From NCBI RefSeq assembly GCF_009914755.1, contig NC_060944.1: DNA of 64,000 bases; one strand, 5' to 3'. The position numbers and the translations under genes were made by a program. Positions 15,555-35,225 of this stretch are shown here, in pieces. The first letter of the stretch is position 1. The number at the start of each line of letters is the position of its first letter. Origin of the DNA: the human T2T-CHM13v2.0 reference genome, Homo sapiens. The notes below the pieces were generated by a model that was not told the DNA's origin, did no database searches, and saw only the letters and a program-made list of their open reading frames with translations.

Positions 15555-16495
15555 TCTTACGGGTGGAATTGTGTCCCCTCAAATTCATATGTTGAAATCC
15601 AGTACCTTGGAATGTGGCCTTATTTGGAGATAGAGTCTACATAAGCAATCAAGTTGAAATGAGGTTATAGGGTGATCCCTAATCAAATATAACTGACACA
15701 CTCAGAGAGACTATTTTATTTTATGTATTTTAAAAATTTTTTAATTTAAATCGTTTTTGGGGAGCAGGGGTTTTTTTGTTACATGGATAAGTTCTTTGGT
15801 GGTAATTTCTGAGATTTTTTGGCGCACCCATCACCCGAGCAGTGTACACTGTACCCAATGTGTAGTCTTTTGTCCCTCATCCCCTTGCCCCTTCCCCCCA
15901 AGTCCCTGAGTCCATTATATCATTCTTATGCTTTTGTATTATCTTAGCTTAGCTCCCACTTATAAGTAAGAACATACGATATTTGGTTTTCCATCCCTAA
16001 ATTACTTCACTTAGAATAATAGTCTCTAACTCCATCCGGGTTGCTGCAAATGCCATTATTTTGTTCCTTTTTCTGGCTGAGTCGTATTCCATTGTGTATA
16101 TATGCCACATATTTTCTTTATCCACTCATTGGTCAATGGGCATTTAGGCTGGTTCCATACTTTCGCAATTGCTAATTGTGCTGCCTTAAATGTGTGTGTC
16201 CAAGTGTCTTAGAAAAAGAGAAAATTTAAAGAGACACACATATAGGTAGAAAATTGTGGGAAGATGAAGGCAGAAACCGGGGTGATGCTCCTACAAGCTA
16301 AGGAACAGCAAGGATTGCCAGAAAAACTTCCAGAAGCTAAGGGAGGGGCATGGAACAGATTCTTCATCACAACCCTCAGAATGCACCCACCCTGCTGACA
16401 CTCTAATCTTGGACTTCTGACCCCCCAAACTGTGAGAGAATAAATTTCTGTTGTTTAAGCCACCCAGTTGGTGGTATTTTGTTACAGAAATCCTA
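15555..16495 (+). mobile_element. MLT1 LTR split by a minus-strand L1 3' fragment (about 15713-16210)
   Basis: MLT1 motifs on both sides; L1 3' UTR motifs (cccacttataagtaagaacat, ttcacttagaataatagtctc) in the middle. Confidence 0.7.
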
Positions 16496-16874
16496 GGATT
16501 GCTTTGCAAAATATTCTCTCTTAATCTATGTTGAGCTAATGAGGCAAGAAATATCTTCATATTGTAAATTTAAAAACTGAGGCTCAGAGAGGTGAAATAA
16601 CTGCCCAGGGTCTCAGAACTAGGAAGTGATAGAATTGGGACTCAAATGATCTCTTCTTGACTCCAAATCTCAGGCTCTTACCAGTTCTTATGGGATGGGT
16701 AGTAGGGGCAATTTGACAAATAATGAAACTACTTGCTTGTTTCTTCTTCAATTCTGTTACAGATTGATTTCTGTGGGTTAACCTCAGTAATTTACAGCCT
16801 GTTCTAATTCTGTATAGTCCCCCCACGGGTCCAACAGGGTTATAAAGAACCTCACCAACAATCTTCGCCTGCTC

Positions 16875-17419
16875 CAGTTACCTATTGCTGCATGACAGCA
16901 AACCATCCTAAAGCTGGTGTAAAATAGAATCATTTCATTAGACTCATGGATTCTATGGGTCAGAATTTTAAACAGGACACAAACATGAGAATGGTTCATT
17001 TCTGTTCCATGATGCCTCAGGCCTCAGCCGGGAAGACTCAAACAGCTGGGGGTGACGCGATGACTGGGAGCTGGAATCAGCTGGTGCCTTCTTCATTCAC
17101 ATGGCTAGCACCTGGGCTGGCATGACTGAAAGCCTGGGCTCAGCTGGGATTGCTAACTGTAGCGCCTACATGTGGCCTCTCTATGTGCCTTGGGCTTCCT
17201 TACAACAAGGCAGTCTCAGGATAGTCAGGCTTCTTCCATGGCAGCTCAGGGCTCCAAGAGCTAGTGTTCCAGTTAAAAGGGTAGAAATTGCACCATCATT
17301 TATGATCTAGCCTTGGAAACCATATAGCATTACATCTACTAGACTCTCTTGGTTGAAGCAATCACAGACCAACTCAGATTCAAGGAATGAGATACAAACC
17401 CCACTTCTCTATAGGAAGG
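16875..17419 (-). mobile_element. Old MLT1-type LTR
   Basis: cagttacctattgctgcatgacagcaaaccatcctaaa...ggctctcagctgggat-type motifs. Confidence 0.55.
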
Positions 17420-17809
17420 TGATATGGTTTAGCTTTGTGTCTCTATCCAAATCTCATCTTGAATTGTAATCCCCAGGTGTTAAGGGAGGAACATGTTGGG
17501 AAGTGATTTAATCATGGGGGTGGTTTCCCCCATGCTGTTCTCATGATAGCGAGTGAGTTCTCACGAGATCTGATGTTTTTATAAGTATTTGGAAGTTCTT
17601 CCTTCGTTCACTCTTCTCTTTCCTGCTGCCTTGTGAAGAAGGTGTCTGATTCCCCTTCTGTCGTGATTGTAAGTTTCCATGATTGTAAGTTTCTGCTATG
17701 ATTATAAGTTTCCTCCCCAGCCATGAAGAACCATGAGTCAATTAAACCTATGTCTCCATAAATTATGCAGTCTCAGGTATTTATAGCAGTGTGAGAAGTG
17801 ACGAATATA
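17420..17809 (+). mobile_element. THE1/MST-type MaLR solo LTR
   Basis: TGATATGGTTTAGCTTTGTGTC...CCAAATCTCATCTTGAATTGTAATCCCCA...CAGTCTCAGGTATTTATAGCAGTGTGAGAA. Confidence 0.85.
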
Positions 17810-18000
17810 GAGGGGTATAAAACAACTGTTGACATGTTTAAAAACTGCTACAACACTCTTGGCCTCAGGGTAGGAAAATCTCATGGGTCTCATGCTTCCC
17901 TTTGGGATGAATATGGCTTTCATGGCAGTTGTGGGTACCCATCCTTTCCATCCTAGGAAGGACCAGAAAAATTGGGTTGTCATCCTGCTAGTAGACGAAT

Positions 18001-18560
18001 TAGTAACCATGGAAATGAGTCCAAGCTCATACTACTCACTGCATGACATTCAATAAGTTGAGAGACAAGGTATTGGGGTACTGAAGGCAACTTTATTTCA
18101 GAAAGCCAACAAACTGAGAAGATGGTGAACTAATGTCCTAAAGAAACATCCTAAGTTAATAGAATTGTAGGCTCTTTTTATGTTGGGAAGGGGAAGAGAA
18201 AGGGGTTTGAGATCAAGAGGTGATCAAGGATCACAGACATCTGGGTGGCAGTGAGGGTCCAAGGGGGTGTGGTGAAACTTCTTTGTCCTTGGTCAGGTCA
18301 CAATGCTCCTATAAATCATCTTTAACACAATATTGTTACTTGTGTATACACCCTCCTTATCTCCTCTGGGGTTAATTTGGGGAAGGGACTATTAGCAACC
18401 TTGCTTTAAACTATAAACTAAATTTCTCCCATAGTTAGCTCAGCCTATGTGTAGAAATGAGCAAAAGCAGTTAACCTAAAATATGTCACCACAGGAGTGG
18501 GGTAGGAGTTTGGGGCAAAATAGAGCTAGTTTTTGCTAAGCCTCCTTTTTTACTGCTACA
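18001..18560 (-). mobile_element. ERV1-type solo LTR (family unassigned)
   Basis: LTR-like ends (gtaacc...tgctaca), a reverse poly(A) signal (tttatttc) and MER4-group composition. Confidence 0.5.
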
Positions 18561-20905
18561 ACCTCACAGCTTCTCCCTGTGACTTTATCTTAGGGTGGAA
18601 AGTCTAATAAATCAGACCTGTCTCCCGATGTGATGGACTGACCAGTACCCAGTAATTCATGATCTTTTGCCTAATAAAAGGAACCACTACTATCAATGCT
18701 TTGCTAAGACAACTGCAAAAATCCTCTTACTACTAGTCCAGTTTCCATAGCTGTCCTCTTACAATGCATTCTTCAGAGCTGCCAGAGGGATTTTCAAAAA
18801 TTATAAATCAGATGATTTTGTCCCCCAATCTCCCAGCTTTTACTAGCCCATGGCTTCCCATTGCACATAAAAGATATGTTGCTTTTCATAGCCTTCAGGG
18901 TCCTTCATGATCTTGTTCTTGCCTAGCTCTTTGATTTCATCTCCCTTGATTTTAACTCTGCTCCAGCTATACTGGTTCTCTTACTCTTCTTGGCATTCAT
19001 CAGGCTTCTTCCTGCCTTAGGATCTTTGGACTTGCTTTAACCTTTTTTGGTAATGCTCAGCCCCAGATGATGTTGTAGATAGATGTTACACATCATTCAA
19101 GTCTCAGCTGTTGATAAAGAAGACTCTTGGGGTGAGCTTGATCAAGGAATGTTTGATGAGACAATGAGCCCAGGGAAGGTTTGTGCAGCATGAAGTAAGT
19201 AATGTAGCTGGAAATAAAAGTTGGTATCAGTCAAAAAGGCAGGCTAAGGAGTTCAGCCTTTATCCTGAAGGCAGTGAAGATCCAGTAGAATTTACAGTCA
19301 AGGAATTAACTCGACAAGTGCACTGTTCTAGGAAGATTATTTGGTTTAGGGCTGGACCTGAGCCACTTCAAATAGACAAGCTCTGCTTTTCATGGGTTTT
19401 TGTGCAGAGACCATGTGTATTTTTTTTTTTTAATGAGGATTTGGTTTGAACATTATTGCATGTATGCCACAAGGATCTTAACTGTGAGTTAGAAGAGAAT
19501 GAGAGCTGAGAGAAGTCCACTGGATTTGGAAATGAGGAACTTGGTGGTTACACTGGTATAGGGAGTAAGATCTCTTTGGTTACTAGCAACAGAAACCAAC
19601 TCTGGCTGTTGTAAACAGAGAAGAAATTTATAAAAATGGGATGTAGTCGGCATCCATTCTCCTTTCCTAATAATATCTCTAAGTTAGCCAGAGTTGAATT
19701 TTACTGCTTGCACCCAATAGCACTAATTGATTCAGTTTAGCTCTCAGAACTGAAGGAAAGGCTAAAAGAACACAGCTTGGAAAGAATGGTAAAGTCAGAA
19801 CTGAGTTCTTCCCAGGACACCTCTGAGTTAGCTCCATAAATTTTCAGGTCTTTTATCATTCATTGCTCAAGATTACAGTTCTAGGAACAGTATTTGATTG
19901 GCCACTCTGCCTGGGGGTAGGGCAGACACATTAATTGACAGTCTCCCTGGCCCCACCTGTCTTGGTCTGGAGGAAGTTATTTCCTCCAAAGCAAACTCAG
20001 GGTGATTTATCAGAAAAAGGACAAATGAATGCTAGGTGACAAAACAAAATAGTCAATATATCCAAAGAGAGAGGTTTCCATGGAATGAAAGGAAGTTTGA
20101 CTGAGTCCAAAAGTCTAAAAGGAGAGGCCCATTGCATGGTTAAAGGCACCTTTTTTGTTCCTGGAAACTTCTTAAATCTTCACCGTTAACTTGTTTACAG
20201 TCATTTTAGAGTGGGCATGTCTACAGCTAATTGACATCATCTACCACTATAAACTTTTCCTTCTTTCCTTTCTGCTTCTTTTCTTCCTCCTCTTCCCTGA
20301 TATATATTTTTTTACACTCATGAAGTCAAGTCCAAAACTTTGGATGCATCATCTACGTTAACCTCAGATAGATCTGTGTGAATGTGTATAATATTGAAAT
20401 AACTGGGACAACACAAGTAATTTGGCAAGAGTCTTCCCTCTGATTTACTGGCTGTGTTTCCTCCAGCAAGTCACTTTGCTTAGCTGAATCTCAGTTTCTT
20501 AACGTGTAAAATGGGAGTAATAATACTTAATCCATAAGATTGCTAAATACATATAAGCTATCTTTCACCAAACACTTACTATGTGCCCACTCCAGAGGTC
20601 ACAAATTTAAATGTCCTCCTGGGGTCAGGTGAGCACTGTGAATGGAACTAGTTGCAGAGAGGGAGGATGGTGGTGGTGGGGATTATGGGAAACTGGAGGG
20701 AATGCTTCCCTCATAGAAAAAGAGTAGCTGTACTTAGGTTCTGGTTTTCAAAGTATGGTCCCTAGCCCTGCAGCATTGGCATCACCTGGAAACCTGTTAG
20801 AAATGCAAATTCTCAGGTTCCAGACCTACTAATCAAAACTCTGGGGATGGGGATCCTGCAATCTGTATTTTAATAAGCCTTCCAAGTGATTCTGATGCAT
20901 GCTTA

Positions 20906-21221
20906 GGCTGGGCACTGTGGCTCACACCTGTAATCCCAGCACTTTGAGAGGCCAAGGCGGGCAGATCACCTGAGGTCAGGAGTTCGAGACCAACCTGGCC
21001 AACATGGTGAAACCCCGTCCCTACTAAAAATACAAAAATTAGCCGGGTGTAGTGGCGCCTGTAATCGCAGCTACTTGGGAGACTGAGGCAGGAGAATCGC
21101 TTGAACCCAGGAGGCAGGGGAAGGGAAGGGAAGGGGAGGAGATGGGAGGGGAGGGGAGGGGAGGGAAGCCTGGGGGACAGAGCAAAACTCAGTCTCAAAA
21201 AAACAAAAACAACAAAAAAAA
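20906..21221 (+). mobile_element. Alu (S-type) inserted in a MER5A-like element
   Basis: TSD tgattctga(t/c)gcatgc; MER5 motifs at 20740-20905 and 21222-21260. Confidence 0.9.
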
Positions 21222-23636
21222 TGATTCTGACGCATGCTCAATTTTGAGACCTGCTGCTCTAGCTGATGGTTGTTATATCTAAGATTGCAGGACTGTGTTG
21301 CCAGATCTTTTACTTTTTCCAAGAGAAGCTAGAGGTTTATTTTTATATGAAATTCGCTACTTTTAAATCTTGGCAACTAATTTAAAAATTTAAAACATAC
21401 TGTGTAGTTAATAATGTATGTGCTCTAGCCAGATTTGCAACCTCTGATTTATGCTTTTTCCTTTAACCCTTATAATAATCTTATAAAACCCTTATAATAA
21501 TCATCCAAGACTGTTAGGATGATACACAGTTTATGCAGGAAGAAGATGCAGGCCCAAAACATGAAGTGTTTCTCTAAGTCACATAGCCAGAAAGTGGCCA
21601 TGGATGCATTGTCCCTGATTGGGCATGGATGCATTTGGTTCTAAAGCCTCTGCCCTTTTAAATGATGTAAAGAGAATATCTATAACTATACCTAGCACGG
21701 AACTTGGCACCACAAAAGCTAAACATCTGATGCCATTGACTGATGAAAATTCCTTCCCCATCCTTCTGCCTGGCCCTGCCACTCTCCCTCAGTCTGTATT
21801 CCTGTAAGAGAGAGCCAATCAATAGGGTGCTCATAAGGGCCTGGGAGGAGCAAGGCTGGGCAGTTTCCTGGCCCAGGGAGCTGAATAGGGCCCGGAAGAA
21901 AGCTGTTGGCAGCAGTGCCTGGGGCTGAATGTACAGTAGCCAGCTGGGTCCACGGGCTAAAAACTGGCTGCTCACCCCAGTGTTCTCTTTGTGCCCTAGA
22001 CTGGGTTTCACTAGCCTGTTATGGGCTGTGTTCCCACCTGGCTCCTGCCCTCATTGTTGACTGAGCTCAGAGTAAATAGCCCTGGCCCCTCCCAATAACG
22101 TCCCCAGTCCCCAAGTTGAGCATGAGAAGCTGGGGGAGGTGTTCTCAGCATCCATTTTGGGGACAGTGGCCAGATGTACTCACATCACCAAACCCTACTC
22201 ACCTGTCACTATCATCCCAGTGTTCACTGCCCCAGGGCCCCTCTAGCCTCCAGCAGCAAAGACCTCCTGGGGCTTCTAGAACCTCAGATCATTGGAGCAG
22301 GAAGCACTTCTTGTCTAACTCCCTGGGTAACTCTGTTTTGGCACTTAACCCCCTGGATTCTAAAGCTTCATTTATACTTATTGGTCTCCTTCGTCACAGG
22401 AGACACTTATCTGTGGAGCACTCATGGCCATGTATCCAGTACCTATCATGGGTCAGGCCTGGAGTCCCTGTGTCAATCAGTGTGGATCTACTCTCAATGC
22501 TCCCAGTGAGTACATGGTTGTTCCGTGGCAGGAACGTTGCATTTGTGTTCTCACTGAAGTCCCATATAGGTGTCATTTTCACTGATGATGTGGCAGCTCA
22601 GATCCAGGAAAGGATTCATTCCAGGGCCCTCAGGTGGGAAGTGGTGGAGGTGGGAGTCAGACCCCAGACCCTGTCACCCCTTCAAGACCAGTGCTGGAGG
22701 GCCCCTTTTGACGACTTTCTCTTCACCAAGCGTCTTGCCCTGCATATGTCACACAGTAGGCACCCAGTGAATATTTACGACGGAATGGAAAAAACAAGGG
22801 CCTGGAGGGAGAGACCTGGGTTCAAAACCTTATTTGTACAGCTTTGCAGGGGACCTTGTGGTGGAGGTGCGGTCCTAAATCCCTAAACACTCAGTTCCTT
22901 TGTCATATACAGCTGATAACAGTAACTCCCCGGTCAGAGGACCGGCGACAATTCCTTGAGACAAGGAGCACAGAGCCTGGCACAGTCAGCCCTGATCAGG
23001 GGCCGGTAGGACAAAGAGAGGGAGACAGAAACACACACCCAAACGGCTTGAGACTGCTAGGTGCTTCACCTTCCTGGGCCTGTTTCTGATGAGGAGGGTT
23101 TGTTTATTAATAATAAGTGCTATTTCTGTAGCCCCTACTATGTGCTCTGTATCACTACCCTAGCCCTCCATCAAGAGGGATCTGCCCTCTCATCTGGCTG
23201 ACCCCAAATCGAACCCTTTAACCCGCATGCTCTACTGCCTCCCTGCGGGCCCTGCCTTATCCTCCTCAACCGCCCACTGGGGACACTCTGGAGAAACCTC
23301 GGAGTCTTGGAATAGAAACCCAGGAGCCCTGAGCCTTGGCCCTCAGGCCCCAGGAGGGAGGTCAGGAGGGAGGCGTGGACAAGGGTCCGGCCGTAGCTGG
23401 TCCCGTCCTGGAAGCTGCTTAAGTTCCTGGTTCCCACCGGGGCCAAGAGTGATACCTGATCCTGGGGGATTGTGAAATGACCTCATGTGGCAGCCCGCCC
23501 GCGGTGCCCGCAAAGCCCTCCACCCTCCCCTTCCCCGCTCGGCTCCACCCCTACCCCACGCCCCCTCCCGCGCGCGCGGTTAAATCCCCGCACCTGAGCA
23601 TCGGCTCACACCTGCACCCCGCCCGGGCATAGCACC

Positions 23637-23715
23637 ATGCCTGCTTGTCGCCTAGGCCCGCTAGCCGCCGCCCTCCTCCTCAGCCTGCTGCTGTTCGGCT
23701 TCACCCTAGTCTCAG
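23637..23715 (+). CDS. WFDC2: WFDC2 (HE4) exon 1 coding part: signal peptide [27 protein letters not shown]
   Basis: agcaccATGc at 23637; hydrophobic leader; phase-1 donor CAG|gtgagt after 23715; matches the human HE4 N-terminus. Confidence 0.98.
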
Positions 23716-24243
23716 GTGAGTGGGGCGGGGAGAGGCCCGGCGCCTAGAGGGGCCGAGCCACGAGCGCCAGGATGGAGCCAGGCGGAGGCGTAGCCTCTGG
23801 AGGCTGGGGAAGTGGGAATTCCGGGGGCGGAAGTGGCGGGGACCCTTGGAGCCTAGGGTGTGGGGTCCAATGTGCTGGAGGTGGAGAGACCACTGATGGC
23901 TGCAATTTGGGAGGATTCTGTGCTGAACGCGGACACTCCGTGGCTGCAGTGGGCTGGGGGTGGGGGCTGCTCTGCCTCGACCTCGGAAGCTCCGAGACGC
24001 TCAGCTGTGCGGCGTCCCCTAGGGCTGAGATCTGAGGGCCCCGACGCCAAGGGTTAGGGAGCTCTCGTACTCCCAGGGGTCAGGGACTCCTGGTCTGGAA
24101 GAAGGAGTCTCTGGGGGCTGTAAGGGGACTCCTAGGGCCAGAGACTGAGAATTCCTTGGGGTTAAGGTTTGGAGCAGGAGGTGGGCATCCTCTGGGGCTG
24201 GCGCTACGCCCCACCCTCGACTGTCCCGGGCCTCCCCTCCCAG

Positions 24244-24387
24244 GCACAGGAGCAGAGAAGACTGGCGTGTGCCCCGAGCTCCAGGCTGACCAGAACTGCA
24301 CGCAAGAGTGCGTCTCGGACAGCGAATGCGCCGACAACCTCAAGTGCTGCAGCGCGGGCTGTGCCACCTTCTGCTCTCTGCCCAATG
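24244..24387 (+). CDS. WFDC2: WFDC2 exon 2: first WAP four-disulfide domain ([44 protein letters not shown])
   Basis: Acceptor cctcccag|GC, donor G|gtaacc, 144 nt, phase 1-1; 8-Cys WAP pattern; N-C-T sequon at 24294. Confidence 0.98.
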
Positions 24388-25007
24388 GTAACCCCACGGC
24401 GGCCGAGCGGGAACGGGGCGGGGCCGCGCTGGGCTGGGAGGAGGTGGGAGGGCCCGGGTTCCGGGAACAGGGGCGCCCCCGGACCCGGGGACCCCCGGGA
24501 AAGTCAAGGCGGTTGAAACCAGATCCGTCAGTCCTCTCCCTCGCACGGCCCAGGGGTAGACAAAGGCGTCGTTGAAACGCAGCCAAGGGGGGGTCCCCAC
24601 CCCTAGCTGGGATTCGAGTCTCTGGTGCATGACGGGCTTCCGGGCACGCACAGCCGGGACATTGTTCCCCGCGGCCTGGGGACCCGGGGCCGCAGTTTCC
24701 TTCTCGAACCGGCCGAAGCCTGCCCTGCGGGAAAGCCCGGAGCCTGGGGCGCTCACCTCTCCTCTTGGAGTCCCTCCCTGGGGGCCTCCCCCAGCCCTGG
24801 GGAAAGACTGGGAGAGCCTGGCCTGGCAAGATTTTCCCCAATTCCTCTGTCCAGGCGGAAAGGAACTTTACAGATTTAGGAAAATGCCCCGCTCATCTTA
24901 AAGATGTGTAAGGGAGCATCGGTGAGAAAAAAATGTTCTTGCCCAAGGTCACACCGCCATCCCATGGCTGCTGGAGTCATAGTGAGGGTTCAGCTTTTGC
25001 CTTTCAG

Positions 25008-25136
25008 GCCAACTGGCTGAGTGATTCGAAGAAAGTGAGGAATCCTCCCTGGACACTGTATCGCCCTTCGTCGTCTTTCAGTCAATCTCTTCCACTCTAA
25101 GGATTGAGTGAGCGCGAGCTGGGGACTCTCTCAAAG
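25008..25136 (+). other. WFDC2: WFDC2 alternative 129-nt cassette exon (G-Q-L-A-E-stop)
   Basis: Acceptor cttttgcctttcag|GC CAA CTG GCT GAG TGA; donor AAG|gtgctt; matches my recollection of an HE4 splice variant ending GQLAE. Confidence 0.7.
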
Positions 25137-25974
25137 GTGCTTGCTGGAGCTGCAGTCTCCACCAGGCTATCAGAACAGGGGGTGGCTTAAACAGCATGGA
25201 ATCTCAGCTTTCCGTTCTCCAGAGGAAAATGCTGAGGATTAGAGGCAGGGATAGGACCTGGAGAGAACCAAGGTACTGTAATGATGTTCTTTATCCAGAA
25301 TACAGCCCCTGTGACTTTTCCTCTCTGTTATTTCCTTGAAGATGCCAGCACAGGCTGGGAAGGTTTGTAATACGGTGACCCAAGACACCGATCAGCAGGG
25401 AGGTGGTAAGTGGAGGGGGACTGGCAGCCCACCAAGGGCAGCTTCAAGGTCATGAGTCCCCTCCTCTGGGCCAGGGAGAGGAGGACCAGAAGGAGAGAGG
25501 AAGATTTGGAGAGAAAGCAGGCAGCAGCCAGATGAGAGAGGTGGAGGAGCAAAGGAGGGAGTCTTTGCTGTTTGATGGATGAAGAATTTGTTCCCTTATC
25601 TCAGATGGACAGACTGAGGCAGGAAGAGGGACAAGGTCAGATGGCCTCCTGAGCCAGGGAGGCAGCCTGGAGGTTTGAATCCTAGTTCTGCCATTTTCTA
25701 GTTATGTGATCCTGAGCATGTTGTTTACCTCTCTGAGCCTCTGCTCTAAGATGGGAATAATTCCAAACTCTATAGGATTGGCATGAGGACTAAATGAAAT
25801 AATGCATCTAAAGTGTCTATTAGTGAGAAGATACTCCATACACAGTGGCTTGTTTTGATCATAAATGGTTCCCTATTTATTTCCAGGGCAGCCCAATATT
25901 ACAGGTTCCTACTCCTTTCAAGAGAATGAATTTCTTTGTATTAGGAAGTCAAGACTGTTGGCAACTTAACAACA

Positions 25975-32757
<6,783 letters not shown>

Positions 32758-33496
32758 TGATCTGTCAGCCACTTTCCTTGTCCTCTACAGCTAATCACCC
32801 AGTTCTGTGCCTGTGTTTTACACACAAAAACCTGCACATATTTATAGCAGCTTTATTTATAATTGCCAAAAGTTGGAAGCAACCATGATGTACCTCAGTT
32901 GATGAATGGATTTGGCTGGGCCTGGCTCCCCTCTATCTAACCTGGGAAGTGGAGTGTGATTGTGTGTGTGTTTGTTAGTGGAAGGACGTGTGGTTTCTCT
33001 CTGCATGGATGAATGAGTGTATTTGGAGGGTCATGGTGCTGAGAGACTGCAACTGGGATTCGGTCTGTGGGTATGAGTGAAGATTATAAGTGTGTAACCC
33101 CTCACATGTGTACTGTACTTTACACTTTAAGTGGCAGCATAGTGCTTAACCATGGCAGCAGCAGTTAACACATAGACTCTGCAGCTAGATTTCTTGGGGT
33201 TCAAATTCTGCCTCAATTCTGTGTGACCTTAGGCAAATTACTTAACTTCTCAGTGCCTCAGTTTCCTCACTTGTAACACAAGGAAATATTAACAGATCCC
33301 TCCCCTTCTTTTAGGATTATTGTGAGAATTAGAAGAGTTAATATATGTTAGGGGCTTGATACCTGGCATGTAATAAGAGCTAATTAAGTGTTCACTGTTA
33401 TAATTTCTCATAACTACAGAGTAGTTTGATATTTCAGGGAGAAATAATATATGTTTGTTTCCCACTGCTTTCACAACAACCCTATGTTGTAATTAG

Positions 33497-33582
33497 CACT
33501 GTTCCACTGGCACCTAAAGACACGGAGGCTCTGGGAGATTTCTGGCCCTAGGCCACGAAGGCCCACTTGGGACTCAAGCTGA
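33497..33582 (+). other. WFDC2: WFDC2 alternative acceptor exon segment (ALFHWHLKTRRLWEISGPRPRRPTWDSS*)
   Basis: aattag|CA CTG TTC CAC TGG... in phase 1, ending at TGA 33580-33582; matches a recalled HE4 variant C-terminus. Confidence 0.65.
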
Positions 33583-33726
33583 GGTCCTGTGATTCCATTT
33601 GGGAGCAGGAGGAGGGATTTGCAGGTGATCTTCCTGGGCCTCCTGAGAGCAGCTCAGGTGCCCAAGATGGACTCAGGCAGGCAGCTCTGCTGTATGTGAA
33701 GCCCAGTGAGGGGCAGTGGGGGGGCC

Positions 33727-33948
33727 ATGCTGCAGGTACAAGTTAATCTCCCTGTATCGCCTCTGCCCACTTACCCTTACTCCTTTTTCTACCCAGATAA
33801 GGAGGGTTCCTGCCCCCAGGTGAACATTAACTTTCCCCAGCTCGGCCTCTGTCGGGACCAGTGCCAGGTGGACAGCCAGTGTCCTGGCCAGATGAAATGC
33901 TGCCGCAATGGCTGTGGGAAGGTGTCCTGTGTCACTCCCAATTTCTGA
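33727..33948 (+). CDS. WFDC2: Alternative WFDC2 ORF starting in intron 2 ([23 protein letters not shown] + WAP2), no signal peptide
   Basis: gccATGc is in frame with exon 3 (ORF track 33706..33948); matches a recalled short HE4 isoform. Confidence 0.6.
33797..33948 (+). CDS. WFDC2: WFDC2 exon 3: second WAP domain ([50 protein letters not shown])
   Basis: Acceptor ttctacccag|AT; TGA at 33946-33948; donor G|gtaagt after 33949. The spliced CDS is 79+144+152=375 nt = 124 aa plus stop. Confidence 0.98.
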
Positions 33949-34178
33949 GGTAAGTGAACGGGAAAGAGAAAGTGCATTGATGGCCAGGTGTTGTGGGAAA
34001 CAGGAGAAAACGTCACCCAGGCGGAGGTGAAGGGAGGTTAGTTGCAGGGACAGTTGGGAAAGGTATACCAGTGGGGTGACCCTCAGCCTGTTCTAAAAGA
34101 AGAGTGAAAGGTGGGTAGTCTGATGAGCTGCATTGGGGAGGCTGTCTCAGGCAGAGGGAACAGAATAAGCAAGAGCTT

Positions 34179-34498
<320 letters not shown>

Positions 34499-35225
34499 AG
34501 CTTGGTGGTACCCTTGGGTTGAAATCTCGTGGTTGTCATGTGCTACTTTTAACAATTTCTCAGCAAAGTAACCTGAAGATAACTGATAGAATCCAATAGT
34601 GCAGAGATGAGCAATTGAAATCTAGAGAGGGGGTGTGCTCTTGGTGCCCGAGAGGGAACTATGGTTTCTCTAAACTAAGCTATGGTCTCCCTGGAGCCAG
34701 GGCTCTCAGATGCCAACTGCATGGATAGGCTTTGCAGTCAAGAAGACCTTGGTTCAAATGTTAGCTCTGACACTTACCTAACCTTCTCACCTCCCTGAGT
34801 CACAGTTATCTCGCTTATAAAATGTAGCTAAATAAGATCTAATTGATCAGATAATCCCATTTTAACCTAAAGAAGAAGGCATGGCAGAACTTCCTAATAG
34901 TAGAAGGATTCTTGGGGAGAGAAATGGCCATGACCCCTCAGGAAGGCCACAGTGGACATCTGGGACCACAGTATACCCAGGTGCCTGCTAGGGATGGTCT
35001 GACCACAGTATACCCAGGTACCTGCTAGGGATGGTCTGAAGGAGAAGAGTATGTCTAGAACCTGTAGAAAATGCAAGCAGAGCCCCCAGAAGGTGAGGCT
35101 TTGCTGTGTGGGTGTGTGGGATGGGGTGGGGTCAAGGAGCTGGTCTAGGATTTAAGCTGCAGGTACTCCTGCCTAGTCTAATGGATATTGTTGTTGATGG
35201 TATTGTTATAATTTTCTTCCTCCAG

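Larger units (their letters stand above)
23480..24800. promoter_or_regulatory. CpG island / WFDC2 promoter with GC boxes and a TATA-like TTAAAT (about 23580-23585)
   Basis: Very high GC and CpG density; ccacgccccc and ccccgccc motifs; cgcgcgcg immediately before TTAAAT, about 55 nt upstream of the ATG. Confidence 0.85.

Noticed and set aside
22116-22886. 256-aa ORF upstream of WFDC2
   Set aside because: No recognisable domain, non-ATG start and overlap with old repeat fragments; probably a chance ORF.
24080-24841. 253-aa antisense ORF and other long ORFs in the CpG island
   Set aside because: Stop-codon scarcity in GC-rich DNA explains them; composition is low-complexity P/G/R.
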